NCBI GenBank assembly: GCA_963777605.1
Contig: CAVZRV010000007.1
Location: 288,001-352,000 of the forward strand
DNA from: an uncultured Acidobacteriota bacterium
GTDB taxonomy: Bacteria; Acidobacteriota; UBA6911; RPQK01; JAPXNP01
Direction of reading: 5' to 3'
DNA length: 64,000 bases
Shown here: positions 59,257 through 64,000 of the stretch, piece after piece
Layout of the letters: every line of letters begins with the position of its first letter
How positions within the stretch are numbered: position 1 is the first letter of the stretch
The notes under the pieces: model-generated
Told to the model about the DNA's origin: nothing
Database searches by the model: none
Seen by the model: the letters and a program-made list of their open reading frames with translations, nothing else
Translations under genes and position numbers: made by a program

Positions 59257-60210
59257 CTAGAGTTGGACAAAGAGTCGGCTCACGGAAGTTTCTTCGTGAA
59301 TCGACTTGATTGCCTCTGAGAGCAGTGGAGCCACGCTCAACACCTGAATCTTGGGAATTCTCTTTTCGTCACCCAGAGGAATCGTATTGGTGATGAGGAC
59401 TTTTTCAAACTCAGATTCCTCAAGGCGTTGAATCGCCGGACCGGAAAGTATTCCATGGGTCGCGGCAGCAAAGAGACGCCGGGCGCCCTTCTTACGCATT
59501 TCCTTGGTTGCGTTGACGATCGTCCCTCCGGTATCGATCAAGTCGTCGACAATGATCACGTCGCGCCCATCGACATCCCCGACGATGTTCATCACTTCCG
59601 CCTCGTTGTCGGCAACTCGACGCTTGTCGATGATGGCCAGGTTGGCTTTCAGATACTTGGCGTAGAAACGAGCCCGCTCCACCCCTCCAGAGTCAGGAGA
59701 AACCACGGTGAGATGGTCGAGATCCATATTCTTGAGACATTCGATCAGAACCGGAGTGGCATAGAGGTGATCGACCGGAATATTGAAGAAACCCTGGATC
59801 TGGTCGGCATGAAGGTCCATGCTGAGGATCCGATGAGCCCCGGCCGCGGTCATCAGATCTGCCACCAACTTGGAGGAAATCGGCACCCTGGGTTTGTCCT
59901 TCCGATCCTGGCGGGCATAGCCGTAATAGGGAATGACGGCCGTAATGCGCTGGGCCGACGCCCGCTTGAACGCATCTATCATGACCAGCAACTCCATCAG
60001 GCTCTCGGCCACCGGAGTACAGGTCGGTTGCACGAGAAATACGTCCTGTCCACGAACGTTTTCCAGGATCTGAAAGGCGACCTCGCCGTCACTGAAGCGT
60101 TTCAGCTTCACTTTGCCGAGAGGAACTCCCAAGTTGTCACAGATTTCATGGGCGAGAGGCTGATTCGCCGAACCAGAGAAAACCTTCAATACCGACATGG
60201 CTGTTTCCAA
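59257..60210 (-). CDS. prs: ribose-phosphate pyrophosphokinase
   Basis: RFSDGE, ENVRGQDVF, PYYGYARQDRK, DLHADQIQGFF, VSPDSGG, VDDLIDTGGT. Confidence 0.98.
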   Translation of the reverse strand: METAMSVLKVFSGSANQPLAHEICDNLGVPLGKVKLKRFSDGEVAFQILENVRGQDVFLVQPTCTPVAESLMELLVMIDAFKRASAQRITAVIPYYGYARQDRKDKPRVPISSKLVADLMTAAGAHRILSMDLHADQIQGFFNIPVDHLYATPVLIECLKNMDLDHLTVVSPDSGGVERARFYAKYLKANLAIIDKRRVADNEAEVMNIVGDVDGRDVIIVDDLIDTGGTIVNATKEMRKKGARRLFAAATHGILSGPAIQRLEESEFEKVLITNTIPLGDEKRIPKIQVLSVAPLLSEAIKSIHEETSVSRLFVQL

Positions 60211-60282
60211 AGGGATTATGTCTGAGTTACTGTGTAATCCAGGTCAAACCAAAAGAAAGTCTACGTCCCAAAAGCATCCAGT

Positions 60283-61242
60283 TCAACGAAGACCGGAGCC
60301 AAGACCGACATCCGGGCCAAGGCGGCGGACGTATTCCGCCCTGCCGATTCCCTGGCACAGAAAGACGCGCCCGAGCTTCAAACGAAGACATTCGTCCGCA
60401 ACTCGCGCCAAGATCGACCGGTCCCCCAGCGCAATCATGGTGGAACCGCTTCCTGCCAAGAGGACACCCGGGCAACCACTACGAGAAAGGGTCTCTTTCA
60501 GTCTCGCCAAGGCAGGATATCGAACCAAAACCGGTCCCTCAAGATCATTGCGCAACGCCATCCAGCGGTGCTCCCCCGCAATCTCCAGGAACTGGCGAAT
60601 TTTAGTACCCACCTGCGCTTCTGTCAAATTGTCCGCTTCCGCCAGGAACGGCGCTTCGATCAGGCCGTAGGCCTCCCGGGTCGAAACCTGAAATTCGGGC
60701 CATACGAGCAGAAAAGCCTCGGGCAGAGGGACATCTTTCACAGCTCGAATCCGCTCCCCCTTTCCGGTACCCACGGCGGTCCCCCCGGTCAGAAAGAAGA
60801 CCACGTCGGATCCGATCATGGCTCCCATTTCAGCAAGTTCAGAGAGAGTAAACGGATGGCCGAAGATCATGTTCAGCCCAAGCAGGGTCATCGCGGCATT
60901 GCTGGATCCACCGCCGAGTCCCGCCCCGGCGGGAATCCTCTTTTCGAGTCGGAAACGCACGCGTGTCCGTCCTGCCCAACCGCTCCATGAACAGGTCACC
61001 TGCACGGAGGACCAGGTTATCCCGACCCGCGGAGAGGCTCTGGTCCCCTTCTATAAAGAGCTGAGAGCACGATTCGTCCACCCGTTCAATCTCCAGCCGA
61101 TCAGCGAGATCGAGAGACTGAAAAATGGTAACAAGCTCGTGGAATCCATCGCTTCTCCGGCCGGCGATTTCAAGCCAGAGATTGACCTTGCAGAATGACG
61201 GCAGTGTGACGCTGGCGAGGGAAGGGGAAAACCCTGAGGCAT
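60283..61242 (-). pseudogene. ispE: 4-diphosphocytidyl-2-C-methyl-D-erythritol kinase, frameshifted in this sequence (probable assembly error)
   Basis: CKVNLWLEIAGRRSDGFHEL lies in one frame and KRIPAGAGLGGGSSNAA, GSDV, NDLE, GSGST in another; the frame switches near 60970. Confidence 0.85.
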
Positions 61243-61244
61243 CC

Positions 61245-63149
61245 CTACCTTCGTGCCGACGGGTCACCGATCTTCTCCAGCTTCTCGCGCACCCGCTGAG
61301 CCTCCTCTTCTTTTCCAGCCTTGGAGATGGACTGTTCGTAGACCTGCCGGGCTTCTTCCACTTCTCCCTTGCGAGCGAGAAGATCACCAAGATGTTCGAG
61401 AATTACTGAATCTTGGGCCTCCAGCCGAACGGCTTCCCGCAGGTGCTCCTCGGCCTCATCCAGCTTGTTCTGCTTGAAGTAGACCCAACCCAGACTGTCC
61501 AGAAAAGCTCCATTACTGGGTTCCAGGTCGACCGCTCGCTGGATCAACTCCTGCGCCTCCGCCAGCCGAATCCCCTGCTCAGCAAACATGTAGCCGAGGT
61601 AGTTGAGCGCCTCGGCATAGTCCGGGTCAGCTGTCAGGAGGCGGCGAAACTCTTCTTCGGCCGAAGAGTAGTCCTTCTGCCGTTCGTATGCAGCCCCGAG
61701 TTGAAACCGAAGTCGCTGGCTGTCCGGAGACGAGGCCAAGGCCTCTTTTACGATATTCTGGGCATCCTTAAAGCGATCCTTCGAAAGGTAGAGCTGGCTG
61801 GCGGCAATGTAGAAAAGGTCAGGATCGGAGGAAGAGGGCGCCGATTCCTTCAGGAGTTGAACTCCCTCGTCGACCCGTCCGGCCGATGCCAGCACCTGGC
61901 TACGGGCAATGGTGACGTAGGGGTCACTACCTTGTTTCTCCAGCAACTCCGCACTGAGCGAGAGCGCATCGTTTATGCGCCCTGCGGCCTGATAAACCCG
62001 CAACAGCCTGAGCCGAACATCAAGGTCGTCAGGGTCAGCCTCAATCACCTGGTTCAAAAGGTCAACCGCCTCGTCGTAACGCTTCTGTTCCTGCCGCAAC
62101 CAGGCGAGGTTGGTCATGAACAACGGGCGAAATCCTCGGGTTGCCCCGCTGTCCGATTTGAGGAGAGACTCGAACATCTTCGCTGCCTGGTCGACCTCCC
62201 CCTTAAGGGAAAGCACACTGGCCAGTTCGTACTGCACCTGCAGATTTCCCGGGTCACCAGTGTGGAGTTGTTCAAGCACTTCCTGGGCCCGGTCCAGGTT
62301 GTTATCCTGTCGATAGGCACGAGCGAGGTCGAGGCGAAGATCGTTGTCATGCGGCAGCATGGCCGTCAAGCGCTCAAGTATCGGCACCGCCTCGGAGCCA
62401 CGCCCGAGCCCCACCAGGGTCCGGGCAAGCCCTTCGCTGAGCCGGGGATCAGGGCCATGCTCGAGGCCCCGTCGGTAGACGTCTGCGGCGCCCTCGAGGT
62501 CGCCGTTTCGGGTGTAGAGCTCAGCCAGCAAGATCAGGTAGTTGGGAATGTCGTCCCGGATCTGCAGCCCCTTATTCAGGACGTCGATGGCTTCGTCATA
62601 CCGCTTCAATTCGATGAGCGCCTGGGACTCCGAATAGAAAGCCGCTAGTTCCATCGGCTCCAGTTGCCGAAGGCGATGGAAATATTCGGCCGACTTCTCA
62701 TAATCCTGCTGCTCAAAATACATTTCGGCAGCGGCCTGGAGGGCCTCGGTCTGGTCTGGATCAAGCCTGAGCACCTGCTCGAACTCGTCCAGAGCCTTGG
62801 TCCGCATCGCATCCTGAGAACGTGCGTTGTAGTAAATGCGTCCCAGAACAAGATGAGGCTCGAGCTGTTCGGGGGACTCGGATATCGCCTTCTGACAGAC
62901 TTCCACAGCCTGAGAGATGTCTCCGGACTGAACCAGCGCCTCGGCATATTCGATCCGAAGCCCCATACTGCCGGGATCATCCTCCAGAGCGCTGCGAAAT
63001 TCGACCAGGGCCTTGGCGTAGTCTTCCCTGAACTGAAACATCTTGCCCAGGGTAAAGTGGTAGTAGGAATCTGCCTGGTTCGGCGCTTGCTGGCCTAGAC
63101 CCGTGGCGATCGAGAGAACCGCTATAACGACATTAAGGGATACGCGCAT
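61245..63149 (-). CDS. secreted tetratricopeptide repeat protein
   Basis: signal peptide; many TPRs; ALNYLGYMFAE, FLDSLGWVYFK, ILEHLGD; position upstream of ispE. Confidence 0.92.
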   Translation of the reverse strand: MRVSLNVVIAVLSIATGLGQQAPNQADSYYHFTLGKMFQFREDYAKALVEFRSALEDDPGSMGLRIEYAEALVQSGDISQAVEVCQKAISESPEQLEPHLVLGRIYYNARSQDAMRTKALDEFEQVLRLDPDQTEALQAAAEMYFEQQDYEKSAEYFHRLRQLEPMELAAFYSESQALIELKRYDEAIDVLNKGLQIRDDIPNYLILLAELYTRNGDLEGAADVYRRGLEHGPDPRLSEGLARTLVGLGRGSEAVPILERLTAMLPHDNDLRLDLARAYRQDNNLDRAQEVLEQLHTGDPGNLQVQYELASVLSLKGEVDQAAKMFESLLKSDSGATRGFRPLFMTNLAWLRQEQKRYDEAVDLLNQVIEADPDDLDVRLRLLRVYQAAGRINDALSLSAELLEKQGSDPYVTIARSQVLASAGRVDEGVQLLKESAPSSSDPDLFYIAASQLYLSKDRFKDAQNIVKEALASSPDSQRLRFQLGAAYERQKDYSSAEEEFRRLLTADPDYAEALNYLGYMFAEQGIRLAEAQELIQRAVDLEPSNGAFLDSLGWVYFKQNKLDEAEEHLREAVRLEAQDSVILEHLGDLLARKGEVEEARQVYEQSISKAGKEEEAQRVREKLEKIGDPSARR

Positions 63150-63266
63150 CGTTTACTTGAGTTTGACCTCCAAGATTGGGGCGATTATCTCACATCCCGC
63201 CCGCCTGGCCCCACGGCGCCCAATGGCCGCCTTCCAAGAGCAGGGTCAAGCCCTGTTCGAACCGAC

Positions 63267-64000
63267 TTACTGGGCCGCGACTGCGGCCATATACTCAAGA
63301 TTATCGGCAAAGAACAGTTCCAGCCCGACCAGCGGAGAATCAGAGGTTACCCGAACAAATCCCCCCAGCTGATCACTCAGATTGGGCAGAAGTTCGGAAA
63401 GAAGCCCCACCGCACGAGCTCCAGCCGGGATCACTACGCTCACAGAATCGTTCGGGGTCCCATCCTTCCGGACGACCTCGATGGTGGCAGTCGCCTCTGC
63501 GGTCCCCGGGTTGATCAGGCTCAACCCCGTCGACAACCCGAGTCCGTCCGCGACGTGGGAGAAGATCAGACGATCGGAGGCAACCGACTGAAGCGGCACG
63601 GTGGACATTGCCTTCCCGCTGAAAACCTGCAGCTCGGCGCTCCCTGCAAGACCCGGCTTGTCGGCTTCCACCGAAATCCATCCGCTCTGCACAGCACCTT
63701 CATCCGTCAGCCCAAAGAGATCGGCAACACTCTGGCGCACCGACTCTCCACCTTCCAGGGTGATTGCCAGAGGAGCAGAAAGTTCCTGTCCGTCATTGCC
63801 CCTGAAAGTCAGGGTGACTTGTAACCGCTGCTGTTCGGGGGTCGGCAGTTCCGGATCTCCCTCGCCGTCGTCTTCCGGGGCCTTCGGGTTGGAATTGACC
63901 AGTTTCAGAATCGTGTCGGTTCCCTGAAAAAGGGTGACCTGAGGGATGTAGAACTGGGTCGGCTGCGGATCCCGATCCGACACCGGCTGACCGTTGACCG
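63267..64000 (-). CDS. C-terminal part of a large secreted beta-sandwich repeat protein (runs off the window end)
   Basis: LIFSHVADGLGLSTGLSLINPG...GGFVRVTSD.PL resembles LFSHIATSLGFFTGVAALNPG...GGFIRLSSDLP in the 24.6-28.3 kb protein. Confidence 0.75.
   Translation of the reverse strand, partial: VNGQPVSDRDPQPTQFYIPQVTLFQGTDTILKLVNSNPKAPEDDGEGDPELPTPEQQRLQVTLTFRGNDGQELSAPLAITLEGGESVRQSVADLFGLTDEGAVQSGWISVEADKPGLAGSAELQVFSGKAMSTVPLQSVASDRLIFSHVADGLGLSTGLSLINPGTAEATATIEVVRKDGTPNDSVSVVIPAGARAVGLLSELLPNLSDQLGGFVRVTSDSPLVGLELFFADNLEYMAAVAAQ

Noticed and set aside
60211-60282. tRNA-Gln often found between ispE and prs
   Set aside because: The 72-nt gap has no cloverleaf or T-loop motif.

Overview
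A 64-kb, GC-rich bacterial chromosome segment, most likely Acidobacteriota. That assignment is inferred from lpxC, the amidase-GerMN-rph-rdgB and TPR-ispE-prs-rplY-pth gene orders, and large secreted proteins built from 'TGLAxxNP' repeats. The right half (33.5-64 kb) is mostly housekeeping: rph, rdgB, lpxC, thrB, aroD, pgsA, uvrC, suhB, ispDEF, radA, alr, dnaB, rplI/rpsR/rpsF, hppA, pth, rplY and prs. The left half is accessory: a glycosylation cluster, a fucosidase, a TetR-RND efflux operon, secreted proteins, msrAB and tRNA-Pro. The best candidate for an undescribed system is at 0.1-10.6 kb. A sigma70-like promoter precedes a 58-aa peptide with a twin-arginine-like leader and a Thr/Pro/Ser-rich tail. 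It is followed on the same strand by a stand-alone PqqD/RRE protein, an HprK-related kinase and three GT-C-type membrane glycosyltransferases (DUF2298/YYY x2, TIGR03663-like). A polyprenol-phosphate GT2 and an ArnT/PMT-like GT converge on this block. Together this suggests a RiPP-like phospho-/glyco-peptide or surface-glycosylation pathway. Other observations include a candidate attenuator upstream of a 3D-domain gene, a leader motif shared by rpsF and rplY, a sigma54 promoter with enhancer sites, a tandem His-triad secreted protein and REP-like repeats. Several single-base frameshifts, including in ispE, probably reflect assembly errors. Family names come from recognising motifs by eye; no database searches were run.
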